Shown: positions 50,640 through 60,185 of the stretch, piece by piece
How the letters are laid out: every line of letters begins with the position of its first letter
How positions within the stretch are numbered: position 1 is the stretch's first letter
DNA from: Bryobacterales bacterium
GTDB lineage: Bacteria > Acidobacteriota > Terriglobia > Bryobacterales > UBA6623
Direction: 5' to 3'
Length of the DNA stretch: 64,000 bases
Assembly (NCBI GenBank): GCA_965226245.1
Contig: CBDDCL010000015.1
Coordinates: forward strand, 3,574,515-3,638,514
Notes under the pieces: model-generated
Databases searched by the model: none
Told to the model about the DNA's origin: nothing
Seen by the model: only the letters and a program-made list of their open reading frames with translations
Made by a program: the position numbers and the translations under genes

Positions 50640-51311
50640 AACGGCACAACGGCATCAAAACCCCTCCAAATGCGAGTCGCTCATCACCCGCGTCTTCGTC
50701 GTCACCTTGGGTTCGCTCGAAGCCGTTTGCACGCTGGCCCCGCTCGGCTGGTCGAGCGTCGCCCGCCGGCAGAGCCGACCCCGCCCGCGCGCGGCTGATG
50801 CGCAGCTCGCCGGTCTGCGGCCCGAAGTCTGGGCCAACGCAAACCGCTCCTGCGGCCGAAAGCGCAGCTCCGCGGGACGAATCTCGCGGCCCTCGAAGCC
50901 CCACATGATCTCGGCAACCGAAACACCCTTGCCCAGCGCGTCCAGCAGCTCGCAGAACACGTTTTCGCAATCGGCCAAGTTTTCGAGCACGTCGCGCACC
51001 GCGTCCGCGATCCGCTCATCCGGCGCCGCATCCGATGCCGCCAGCACGCGCCGGGGTTTCGACAGCACTCCCTCTTTGCGCGTTTCCAGCACGCCCGCGA
51101 AAAAGCCGTCCTTCTCTTCCATGCCGCGGTAGTGATCCATGCCGTTGTCGCGGAGCATGTTCTGCCAAATCTGGCTCGGGTCTTCGCCCGTCCGCGAGCG
51201 GCACATGCGCTGCCACACCGTGCCCCTGCCCGACAGCACGTCGGCCGGCGTGACCTCTTCGGTGAGCCGCAAGTCGCCGCGCTTCAGTTCGACTGCTTCT
51301 GGTTCAGGCAT
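50640..51311 (-). pseudogene. N-terminal remnant of a DUF935 / Mu gp29-like phage portal gene
   Basis: MEEKDGFFAGVLETRKEGVL and LLDALGKGVSVAEIMW...RPQERF resemble DUF935. A frameshift near 50835 continues as GPQTGELRI; the C-terminal part is absent. Confidence 0.7.
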
Positions 51312-51703
51312 AATTATAATTGCTCAGGGCCGTGCTTTTGCCGCCGCCCCTGTCTGCTGTGCTCGTTGCGCTTGCGCCGCTTTTCTTGCCGCGCCATTTG
51401 CCGCCACTCGAATCCGAACATCTTTCAGAGCTGTCGTCGAAAGCGGCTCTGATCGGATAGGTCCAATAAGCTTTGACACGAAGTGTGCAGGAGCGCGTAG
51501 TGAGGGAAATCCGCAGGCTGCGTGCGAAGTGGCGGGAACTGGAAACGGAGCCACGGACACGGCTAAACGGGCACGAAGGGGAAAACCCCAGATATAGCCA
51601 AGCAGGCGTGCTTCTGGGCCACCACGCCAGTTCCCGACCCTGCCGGGATATCTCGACAGTTATCCGTGAGGCCTCTGGGTTTCGGGATCGTGGAGCGACG
51701 AAA

Positions 51704-51755
51704 CCTGTACCGTATCAATCTGCTCCAACCCTGTACCGTATCAATCTGCTCCAAC
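51704..51755. repeat. 26-bp perfect tandem repeat upstream of the TonB-dependent receptor
   Basis: CCTGTACCGTATCAATCTGCTCCAAC at 51704 and 51730. Confidence 0.85.
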
Positions 51756-51779
51756 CATTGATACAATCACGAACCTACG

Positions 51780-54245
51780 ATGATTACTTGTCTGGTCGCG
51801 CATTGTGGGAGGACCCGGCGTTCAGAACGGCGGTTCGTTGTGTGTGCATTGTGGATCGTCACCGGGATTGCGGTCGGCGCATTGACCGCAGTCGCCCAGG
51901 ATGCGCCCTTAGGCAGTATTCAAGGTACCGTCGTTGCACGTGCGGCTGGCCGTGCAGTTCCCGGCGCAGTCATCCAGGTCGAAGGCACAGCGATGAGTAC
52001 AGTCGCCAATGCCGTGGGCCGCTTCGCAATCGACAACGTGACCACGGGAGAAACGGTCATCGTTGTGCAGGCCCCAGGGTTCCTGGACCTGCGCGTCCCT
52101 GGACTACAGGTCGAAGCCAATCAGCCGCTAGAACTCCTTGTCGAACTTGAGGTGACTCCGAATTTCATGCAGCGCATCCAAGTGACTGCGACTAAGTCGG
52201 CCCTCAGTATCGGAGAGGTTCCGGCGCAAACGGACGTGGTGGACCGCGAGACAATCGATCGCAGAGGTGATCAGGAGCTAACGCAGGCGATCGCCCACAT
52301 TCCTGGGGTCGTGATCAGCACCCAAGCGGGTTCATTCGAATCGGTTGCACTGCGTGGAATGCCTCGCGACGGCAATGAGTTCACCACCACTCTGCTGCTG
52401 ATCGATGGGGTGCCGCAGACGGACTCACGCAACAGTGCTCGGGTAGTTAATTTGCCGATCAACGACGCCAGCAGTATCGAGGTGGTGCGTGGCCCTAATT
52501 CGGCGTTGTACGGCCGCACCGCCGTTGGCGGGGCGATCAACGTGCTCACCGCCGATCCAACGCCGGCGCACCAGCTCAGTGTGGACTTCACCGTCGGCGA
52601 ATTCGGAATGCTGAAAGGCGTGGGCAGAGCCTCGGGACCGGTGGGCCGCTGGGGCGGCTACTACGCCTCGATTGCACGGGAACATAACGACGGCTACTTC
52701 ACGGGTCCGATCGACTTCGATGTCGACAAAACGGCCGTGTTCGGAAAGCTCACGTTCATGCCCGACACCAAGTCGTTTGGCAGCGTCAGCATCAACAGCG
52801 TCGTCTCGGACAACAGCACTCCCACCAACGTCCCGATCATCGACGGACAGTTGTTGAGTGATCTCGACCCTCGCTTCGACCGCCGCACCAGCCTGAATTT
52901 TCCGGGCCCCAACTATCGTCAAGAAGAACGGCGATTCACCCTCAACTACACCCGGTCGCTTGCCGAATGGGCGCGGCTCGTGGAGGTATTCGGGTACCGC
53001 CCGATCCAATACAAGTTCATCGACGATGGCGACGTGATCGGAGGACCCTTCGATCTCGAAGCGAACACGCTAACGATGTTTCCCTTCGAGCTGCAAACCG
53101 ACGAGGACATCTTCTATCAGGAGTTGAGATTCGAAGCGACACCGAAACTCGGTCCGGTCAAGAGTTCCCTGATCGTCGGCGGATCCTACGAGCGAACCAG
53201 CGGCTTCAGCGCGGGCAATCTGATCTTTACCGACCCCGATCTGTTCGGCTGGACGCTGAACTATCTGAATCCGATCTTCCCCCCTCGAGACGAGTGGCAA
53301 TTCTTCCGCTTTGGCGGCAATGACTACAACTTGGGCATTACCGGTCTCTTCGCTCAGTACATGATCGAGCCGACCAACCGCTGGGTGATGACGGTGGGAG
53401 GCCGATACGATCGCTTCGCACTCGATAACACGCTGACTTTCCGCGACGGTCGCCCCATGGTCGAAGACAAGTTCGACGCGTTCAGTCCGAAACTCAGCTC
53501 GATGTTTAAGCTCCTGGGCGCCGGGAACGACGCTGGACCTGCGGTCAACGTCTATGGAACCTACTCTCAAGCGTTCCTTCCACCGCGCCGTCCCAGCCAG
53601 TTACGGCCCAGCGACGAGCAGATCGAGTTGATTCCAGAAGAGATTGACAACTATGAAGTGGGTGTCAAGGGCAACGTCCTGGACGGTGCACTCTCGTTCG
53701 AGGGGGCTTATTTCTGGATGCGGCGCGACGGCATCGTCACCACGGTGCGTCAAGGCCCGTTCTTTCTTCCCACCAACGCGGGCGAGCACAAATACAGAGG
53801 ATTCGAGACAGGTGTCCGCTGGTTGGCATCCCCAAAAGTGGCGACTTACCTCAACGCGTCGTTTTACAGGAACCGATTTGGTGACTTCGTGATCGAGTCG
53901 TCGGGAGGAGATACAGTGTTGACAGGCAACCGCCTGCCGATTTCGCCGGATCGAGTGATCAATGGCGGCGCTACTTTTTCACCGGTACCGCTCATCGATT
54001 TCACGGTCGACGTGAAGCACATTGGCGCCGTGCAAATAGACCAGCGCAACACGTTCGAACTTGACCCCTACACGCTAGTAGATGCGGCCTTGACATGGCG
54101 CCGCGGCCCGCTGCGGGTGACGCTCTCCGCACACAATCTCTTCAACACGGAGTATTTCTGGTACGGCGACATCTCTGGTGGCCAGTCAGCAGACATCGGG
54201 CGGCCACGTCAGATACTCCTCACGACGTCGTTCGTTTTCAAATGA
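51780..54245 (+). CDS. TonB-dependent receptor with N-terminal carboxypeptidase-regulatory-like domain
   Basis: Signal peptide, GSIQGTV, IQVTATK, plug LRG...LLIDGVP...IEVVRGPNSALYG..GGAINV, barrel ending NLFNTEY...RQILLTTSFVFK. Confidence 0.93.
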   Translation: MITCLVAHCGRTRRSERRFVVCALWIVTGIAVGALTAVAQDAPLGSIQGTVVARAAGRAVPGAVIQVEGTAMSTVANAVGRFAIDNVTTGETVIVVQAPGFLDLRVPGLQVEANQPLELLVELEVTPNFMQRIQVTATKSALSIGEVPAQTDVVDRETIDRRGDQELTQAIAHIPGVVISTQAGSFESVALRGMPRDGNEFTTTLLLIDGVPQTDSRNSARVVNLPINDASSIEVVRGPNSALYGRTAVGGAINVLTADPTPAHQLSVDFTVGEFGMLKGVGRASGPVGRWGGYYASIAREHNDGYFTGPIDFDVDKTAVFGKLTFMPDTKSFGSVSINSVVSDNSTPTNVPIIDGQLLSDLDPRFDRRTSLNFPGPNYRQEERRFTLNYTRSLAEWARLVEVFGYRPIQYKFIDDGDVIGGPFDLEANTLTMFPFELQTDEDIFYQELRFEATPKLGPVKSSLIVGGSYERTSGFSAGNLIFTDPDLFGWTLNYLNPIFPPRDEWQFFRFGGNDYNLGITGLFAQYMIEPTNRWVMTVGGRYDRFALDNTLTFRDGRPMVEDKFDAFSPKLSSMFKLLGAGNDAGPAVNVYGTYSQAFLPPRRPSQLRPSDEQIELIPEEIDNYEVGVKGNVLDGALSFEGAYFWMRRDGIVTTVRQGPFFLPTNAGEHKYRGFETGVRWLASPKVATYLNASFYRNRFGDFVIESSGGDTVLTGNRLPISPDRVINGGATFSPVPLIDFTVDVKHIGAVQIDQRNTFELDPYTLVDAALTWRRGPLRVTLSAHNLFNTEYFWYGDISGGQSADIGRPRQILLTTSFVFK

Positions 54246-54255
54246 GGTGTTCCTG

Positions 54256-55839
54256 ATGGCTATCCGGTTGCCGCGGTTCGCCATTCGAAGGGCGCTCATC
54301 TACACGCATCGCTGGTTGGGCATCGCCGGCGGGTTACTCTTCGTGGCATGGTTCGTCTCGGGGCTAGTGATGATGTACGCGCGCATGCCCAGCCTGGCGC
54401 CGGAAGAGCGTCTGATGCGGTTGCCGGTGTTGGATCTCTCCGAGCTGGCTGTCGCGCCGGCCGATGCAGCCCAAAGCGTCAGCTTCCAGCCCGACCGGCT
54501 TCGTGTGGGCATGCTCGGCCGCCGGCCCGTGTACCGCTTTGTGCGAGGCGGCGAGTGGTCCACCGTCTTTGCGGATGACGGGCAGCCCCTGCGCGGACTG
54601 ACGGCCGAGCAGGCGATGACGCTTGCACGCCAATTCGGACCCGAGTTCGCGCAGAGCGTTCAGTACGATGTGCACCTGACGGATCCCGACCAGTGGACCC
54701 TTCAGCTTCGTGGTCTGATGCCGATGCATCGCATCGCACTGGGCGATTCCGACGATACCTGCATCTACATTTCCGATCGCACAGGCGAAGCTGTGATGAA
54801 AACTACGCGCTCCGCTCGACGCTGGGCTTACGCGGGCCCCGTGCTGCACTGGCTCTACTTCACGCCTTTTCGGCGCCAATCTAGCCTGTGGATCAATGCC
54901 GTCATCTGGCTGTCGATAGCCGGCTGCCTACTGTCGCTGTCGGGACTCCTATGGGGAATCTGGCGGTACTCCCTAACGACTCGCTACCGCCTGAAGGGTG
55001 TCCATGCCCGTTCACCCTACGCGGGCTTGATGCGCTGGCACCATTACGCCGGCCTGATCTTTGGGCTCACGACGTTTACCTGGATACTGAGTGGCTGCCT
55101 TTCGCTGGATCCGTGGAGCTGGCACCCGAGCACCTCACCGACGCGGCAGCAGAGGGAAGCCGTTGCCGGGGGGCCACTGCGGCTCGATCTGCTGACTCCT
55201 GCACGGATGCGCGTGGCGATCGATGCGATTCGATCTTCGTTTGCCCCCAAGGAGCTCGAACTGGTGCAGTTTAGAGCCGAGCCTTTCCTTTTCGCTTATC
55301 GTGCCCCCTCGATCAGCCAAACCGAGCACTGGCAGCGTAGCGGTCCATCGACGTTTCTTTCGGCAGTTCAACCGATAAAGCATCTTGCCATCTCGGCCGT
55401 TGCGCCGGAGCGAGGGACATTCACGCGATTCGATGATGACGACGTGCTTGCGGCGGCCCAAGCGGCGATGCCCGGTATCGCTGTCGAAGACGCGACGTGG
55501 CTGCAAGAATACGACGACTACTACTACGGACGGAATCGTGAATTTCCTCTTCCGGTTCTTCGCCTGCGCTACGGCGATCCTCAGGAAACGTGGCTCTACG
55601 TTGACCCGCAACGGGGGCTGATCTTGCGCAAGGAAGAGCGACTCACCCGCGTCAACCGCTGGCTTTATCATGGGTTGCACAATCTGGACTTTCGATTCCT
55701 CTATTACCGGCGGCCGCTGTGGGACATCGTCTTAATTGTGCTGAGCTTCGGTGGGATTGTGTTGAGCGTGAGTTCTATGGTGCAGGCGTGGCATCGGCTC
55801 CGCCGACACACGCACCGTCTGACCGGCGGGCGAATGTAG
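54256..55839 (+). CDS. PepSY-associated TM helix domain protein
   Basis: HRWLGIAGGLLFVAWFVSG, HWLYF, WHHYAGL..TWILSG, RWLYHGLH; typical TBDR partner. Confidence 0.88.
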   Translation: MAIRLPRFAIRRALIYTHRWLGIAGGLLFVAWFVSGLVMMYARMPSLAPEERLMRLPVLDLSELAVAPADAAQSVSFQPDRLRVGMLGRRPVYRFVRGGEWSTVFADDGQPLRGLTAEQAMTLARQFGPEFAQSVQYDVHLTDPDQWTLQLRGLMPMHRIALGDSDDTCIYISDRTGEAVMKTTRSARRWAYAGPVLHWLYFTPFRRQSSLWINAVIWLSIAGCLLSLSGLLWGIWRYSLTTRYRLKGVHARSPYAGLMRWHHYAGLIFGLTTFTWILSGCLSLDPWSWHPSTSPTRQQREAVAGGPLRLDLLTPARMRVAIDAIRSSFAPKELELVQFRAEPFLFAYRAPSISQTEHWQRSGPSTFLSAVQPIKHLAISAVAPERGTFTRFDDDDVLAAAQAAMPGIAVEDATWLQEYDDYYYGRNREFPLPVLRLRYGDPQETWLYVDPQRGLILRKEERLTRVNRWLYHGLHNLDFRFLYYRRPLWDIVLIVLSFGGIVLSVSSMVQAWHRLRRHTHRLTGGRM

Positions 55840-55867
55840 CACGATTTACTGTCCCAGTCTGGGAAGG

Positions 55868-56100
55868 TTAAAGCCCTCGCCTTTCAGCGACGGCTTCAGC
55901 TAGCGCGCCGCTTGATAGGCTTGGGGGATGGCGGAATACCAACGCGGCGCGCACACGGTGTTCGAGATCCACCTGCACTTGGTGTGGATTACGAAGTACC
56001 GCCGGCCAGCCCTGACGAGGGAGGTAGGACTGCGAGTGCGCGATCTGATTCGCGACATTTGCGCGCAGCACAAAGTGAAGATTCTGAAGGGTCGCACCTT
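55868..56100 (+). mobile_element. IS200/IS605 left end plus truncated tnpA
   Basis: Imperfect hairpin AAGCC-C-TCGC-ctttca-GCGA-C-GGCTT near 55872; MAEYQRGAHTVFEIHLHLVWITKYRRPAL...ICAQHKVKILKG from 55928, truncated before the HUH motif. Confidence 0.8.
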
Positions 56101-56160
56101 GTTATGCGCAAAGCCAGGGGCCTCCCGCCTCGACCCGAGGCATGGCTAGCGGTGGAAATG

Positions 56161-57174
56161 CTACTCACCATTTCCGGAGCTAGCCTCCTGCCCGCGCGCG
56201 CCCGCGAGCATGCCCTCCATCGAGTAGTTACCCTCGTGGCAGGCGTACTCGTAGATCGCATCCTCGCTCTTTTTGAGCGGGATCATCGCCGTCCAGGGGC
56301 GAGTCCAGGTCGTCGGATCTTCCACCGTGACCTCGTACTCCAGCGTCTCGGGTCCGGCGCGCGTGAAGCGTTCCACCAGCCGCAGGTTCTCCGCCGATCC
56401 TCGGAACGAGCTCTTGGGCGAGTAATTCCGGGTCTCGACGACCAGCGTATCGCCCTCCCAGCGGCCGCGCGAGTCCCCGTGCCACTGCCGTAACCGCTTG
56501 TCGATGTGCGGCCGTCCGTCGAGCGGGATGATGCGCACGTCGTGGATCATCTCCGTCAGGATGGCCACCGAGCCGGGTGTCTGGAAGATTTGATAGTAGC
56601 TGTTGTAGCCGGCGCCCAGCCGGGGCACGCCGAACGTGATGCAACGCTCGCCGAGGCTGCGATCCTCGGGTCCGCGAGGCGGACGGCGCCGGTTGGCGGT
56701 TTGTTCGGCGTGTTTGGCCTGCCCCTCGGGAGTCAGTTCGGGAATCCTGCCGTCGGGCGGATCGATAACCAGCGAGGTTCGGCTGTCCGAGAACTCCCGC
56801 TCGACGACCCAGAACTGGTTGTAGTTGCCGGTTTGGGCATCGCTCGAGGTGAAGCTCTTGGCATCGCTGAGGGCAGCGGCAAAGACGCTGTCGCCGAAGG
56901 CGGCGTCGCCCGCCTCGTTACTGAAGAGCTTGCCGGCTCGCTCCTTGAGCTCGGCCAGCTCTTCGTCGCTGAGCGCGGCCTTGCCAGCCAGCTGGTCCGG
57001 CCGCTCGAGCGGCGTGGCGTTGTTGTTCGCCCAGACTCCCTGGAGATCCGGCTGGCCGTCCGGAGTTCGGGGCGTGGTCCAGGAATCCCCATCGCCTGCC
57101 GCGAGCGGGAGCGCGGCGACGATCGAGACTAAGCTGGTCAGGATCGCGAGCCGAGCGAACGATCGATTGCACAT
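56161..57174 (-). CDS. Uncharacterised secreted protein (PDLxGxW ... YACHEGN family), paralog 1
   Basis: GAGGAG RBS, signal peptide, RTPDGQPDLQGVW, ERC, WHGDSRGRWEGDTLVVET, YEYACHEGNY. Confidence 0.85.
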   Translation of the reverse strand: MCNRSFARLAILTSLVSIVAALPLAAGDGDSWTTPRTPDGQPDLQGVWANNNATPLERPDQLAGKAALSDEELAELKERAGKLFSNEAGDAAFGDSVFAAALSDAKSFTSSDAQTGNYNQFWVVEREFSDSRTSLVIDPPDGRIPELTPEGQAKHAEQTANRRRPPRGPEDRSLGERCITFGVPRLGAGYNSYYQIFQTPGSVAILTEMIHDVRIIPLDGRPHIDKRLRQWHGDSRGRWEGDTLVVETRNYSPKSSFRGSAENLRLVERFTRAGPETLEYEVTVEDPTTWTRPWTAMIPLKKSEDAIYEYACHEGNYSMEGMLAGARGQEASSGNGE

Positions 57175-57418
57175 AGGAGCCTCCTCGCTGGGGTGACTTT
57201 GGCCATTGTAGCAATTCGGGGCGGTCGGAAGCAATTACGAGTGGAGAGGACCGCCAGGACGCCTCGCGGCAGGATCTGCTCTACCCTCTTGACAGACCAA
57301 CTCAAGAAGTTTTGTCCGGCGCCCCCGTCACCTCGCCGCCGGGGTACGTGCCCGACCCGCACACGACGTGCGTATCATTGCGCTGCACGGGACGTCCCCT
57401 CGGGAGTTTCGACTCCTA

Positions 57419-58438
57419 CTATTGCTTCTTCGCGGCTTCCGCGGCGGCCTTCTCGTCGGCGCGCGCTCCAGCAAGGAGATTGAACATGCCGTAGTTGCCC
57501 TCGTGACAGGCGTACTCAAATAACGGACCCTCGGTCTTCCTCATGGGAAACACTGCTTTCCAGGATCTCGTAAACGATTCCGGATCCTCGATCGTGTATT
57601 CGTAGAGGAGTGTGTCAGCGTCGACGCGCGTGAAGCGTTCGACCACGTGCATGTTCTCGCCGGATCCCCGGAAGTTCGTCTTGCCGGTGAGATTGGTCGT
57701 GTCGACGACCAGCGTATCACCCTCCCAGCGACCACGTGAGTCTCCCATCCACTGGCGGATGCTGGGGGAAAGATGCGAGCGCCCGTCCAGCGGGATGATG
57801 CGAGAATCGTGGACCATCTCGTTGAGAATCACCACGTATCCAGGAGTCTGGAAAAGCTGCATAATGTTGTTGTAGGCGCTTGGACTCATTGGCGGTCCGG
57901 AGTTGAACCCCACGAGGCAACGCGCGCCCACACGGCGGTCCTCCGGGCCGTGAGCGGGGCGCCGCCTAACCTCCGCCACAGCGTCCGCCCTCTTCCGCGC
58001 CTCCTCCGTCAAGGAAGGAATCCTCCCATCCGGCGGATCCACTATCAGCGACGTTCGCCTGTCCGGTACGACCTTGGTTCCCCGGTCAAACCAGTACTTG
58101 TTATAGCTGCCAATGCAGTCGACGAAATTCGGGGAGTCTTTACAGCGATCCGGGATCTCGAGGCTTTCCACGCGAGTTAGCGCTGTTCGCTCTTCCAGTT
58201 CAGTCGCTTCCTTTCCCGTAAGAACCTGTTTCCCCGCCAGCTCACTGGGGCGTTCCAAGGGCGTAATGGTGCGGAAGTCCCATATTCCCCGCAGGTCGGG
58301 CTCACCCCACGCTGTGCGTGGCGGAGTCCGCGCGTCCGCGGCTGTCTGGGCCTGGGCGGCTACGGGCGCCGGCCCCAGCGACACGATCGCGACCACAGTC
58401 GCCACAACCAATATTAAACCGCGACATCGATGGCTCAT
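57419..58438 (-). CDS. Uncharacterised secreted protein (PDLxGxW ... YACHEGN family), paralog 2
   Basis: AGGAGG RBS, signal peptide, RTAWGEPDLRGIW, ARC, WMGDSRGRWEGDTLVVDT, FEYACHEGNY. Confidence 0.85.
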   Translation of the reverse strand: MSHRCRGLILVVATVVAIVSLGPAPVAAQAQTAADARTPPRTAWGEPDLRGIWDFRTITPLERPSELAGKQVLTGKEATELEERTALTRVESLEIPDRCKDSPNFVDCIGSYNKYWFDRGTKVVPDRRTSLIVDPPDGRIPSLTEEARKRADAVAEVRRRPAHGPEDRRVGARCLVGFNSGPPMSPSAYNNIMQLFQTPGYVVILNEMVHDSRIIPLDGRSHLSPSIRQWMGDSRGRWEGDTLVVDTTNLTGKTNFRGSGENMHVVERFTRVDADTLLYEYTIEDPESFTRSWKAVFPMRKTEGPLFEYACHEGNYGMFNLLAGARADEKAAAEAAKKQ

Positions 58439-58468
58439 CTGAATCCTCCTTTTCACCTGCTTCGAGGT

Positions 58469-59269
58469 TTATCTCTGTTTCTTTTCGAGCGGCCGCAACT
58501 CGATGCGGCGATAAAACAGCTCCGCCCCCTCGGACTGAAACAGAATCTTTCCCCTCGTCAGGCTGGCATCGGTTCCTTCCATGACGAGGGTTCCGTTTAC
58601 CCAATACCTGACCTGATCTCCGTCAGAGACCATTTCGAGGACGTTCCACTCTCCGCGAGGCTTTTCGACTTCTTTTCCCGGATCACGGTAGCCGAGAGGC
58701 GCTTTGTAGGCGGCCCCGCCCGGCCGCCACGGGGTCTTGTTGAAACGATCGAATTGAATACCGCTATCGTCGGGCTTCGTTACGCCGTTGACCGTCAGCT
58801 CGGTCCCTCCGACGAGGATGACGTCACCTGTGCTGCCCTCCATGATCTGAAATTCGATCGATTTTGGCCAGATGGAGCCCGGACCGACGGTTCCGACGCC
58901 CGTCGCGTGATAGAGAATGCCGCTGTCGCGCGCCAGGTCCTTCCGGGGCGCGTGCGTCGCTTCGCCCCACTTGAACTCTGCCCGCAAATAGTAATCGCCG
59001 TAGTCCTTTTTGGTGATGAAATACCCATATGGGGTTCCCGAGACGTGAACCATGCCGTCATGAACCCGAAAGACCCCATCCGGGTCATTGTTGAGACCCC
59101 TGTCGCGGACAACCGTGTCGAATTGCTCCAGGCTCTTGCCGTCGAATAGCCAAATGGGCTTCCCGGTTGGCGGAATATCGGCCGCGGGAAGCGTTGCCGC
59201 GAACGAGAACGACGCCAGGAAGATCATCACATGACGAATCGATCGGTGTCCAATCTGGATCATGATCAC
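58469..59269 (-). CDS. DUF1080 family protein (3-keto-disaccharide hydrolase-like)
   Basis: Signal peptide, LFDGKSL, YYLRAEFKWG, DSGILYH, EFQIMEG, GEWNVLE, FQSEGAE..YRRIEL. Confidence 0.88.
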   Translation of the reverse strand: MIMIQIGHRSIRHVMIFLASFSFAATLPAADIPPTGKPIWLFDGKSLEQFDTVVRDRGLNNDPDGVFRVHDGMVHVSGTPYGYFITKKDYGDYYLRAEFKWGEATHAPRKDLARDSGILYHATGVGTVGPGSIWPKSIEFQIMEGSTGDVILVGGTELTVNGVTKPDDSGIQFDRFNKTPWRPGGAAYKAPLGYRDPGKEVEKPRGEWNVLEMVSDGDQVRYWVNGTLVMEGTDASLTRGKILFQSEGAELFYRRIELRPLEKKQR

Positions 59270-59369
59270 TGCTCCTTTTTCAATCTAGTTTAGGTGAGTC
59301 GCCCAAGCCACCTATGCGTCAGTATACATCCGCGCTGCCCCGAATACCACGTCTTTTTGCGCTGGCTTT

Positions 59370-59480
59370 CGTCCTCCTCTCACCCAAATGTCTTGTTTCC
59401 CCACTGCGATTGGACTGAACAGCAATCGCAGTTCCGTCCGGCGACCAGGAGGGTACAGAATCGCCGAAGCCACTCTGGGC
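59370..59480 (-). pseudogene. TolB/PD40 beta-propeller repeat fragment
   Basis: DSVPSWSPDGTAIAVQSNRSG, then a shifted frame QDIWV. Confidence 0.5.
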
Positions 59481-59489
59481 GAGCGGGCA

Positions 59490-59615
59490 GCGGCTGGCTG
59501 ACCGCACTTCTCGCACTCAAACACGTGGCCGTCCAAAGCCTGGGTGCGGCAGGCTGTGATGTCGGAGAGAACCCGGCGTTGCTCGACCGAAGTCGCCACT
59601 TGGCGGCAGAAACGT
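59490..59615 (-). mobile_element. IS91-like transposase zinc-binding-domain fragment
   Basis: EQRRVLSDITACRTQALDGHVFECEKCG matches the IS91-type CRT..LGGH..C..CG motif. Confidence 0.65.
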
Positions 59616-59659
59616 TTCTGGTGGGTTCTCACGACAGCGGCCAGTGTGAGCCGCTGCCT

Positions 59660-60065
59660 GCTCACGGTGTGGGTGTGGTCAGCCGCTCCTGGCGGAGTTG
59701 CCGGCGGGTGCACAGCCGCGCGGTGAAGCAACGTTCGTGGCGCGACCTGCCGTTGCGGAAGGCGCGGCTTGTGCTGCGCTACCGGCCTCGGCGGGTCAAC
59801 TGCGAGCGTTGCGGAGCGGGCACGGAAGCGTTGCCCTGGGCCGAGCCGTGGGCGCGGGTGAGCGGCGCACTGGCCGCATCGCTGCCAGACCATTCAGGTG
59901 GTGCTGATGGACATGTGGGCTCCCTATGCCAAGGCGGTGGGTGGGAACGCGCCGCGGGCCCAAGTGCTGTTCGACCGTTTCCATCTGGTGCAACATCGCA
60001 ACCACGCCGTCGACGAAGTGCGGCGATCCCGGCTGCGCCGCCTCAGCCGCAAGGAGAAGGTGACT
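59660..60065 (+). mobile_element. ISL3-family transposase remnant (two fused fragments)
   Basis: RSWRDLP...RPRRVNCERCG...LPWAEPWARV, then VLMDMWAPY...VLFDRFHLV..AVDEVRR in another frame with the middle deleted. Confidence 0.75.
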
Positions 60066-60185
60066 ACTAAGCTTGCTTTTCAGTTCAAGGAAGATCTGAC
60101 GGGTCTTGCCCGATCATTTTGTGATTACTGTTCGTCCGTTGGTCCGCGTTGGTCAGTTGTCCTCCTATTGGAGACCGGTCGCGGC

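Noticed and set aside
50473-51311. Intact prophage or anti-phage defence island
   Set aside because: Only one broken portal-like gene; no terminase, capsid, integrase or recognisable defence gene apart from the decayed MNT-HEPN pair.
51320-51780. Cobalamin riboswitch or Fur box upstream of the TonB receptor
   Set aside because: No B12-box-type motifs or GATAATGATAATCATTATC-like palindrome were visible.
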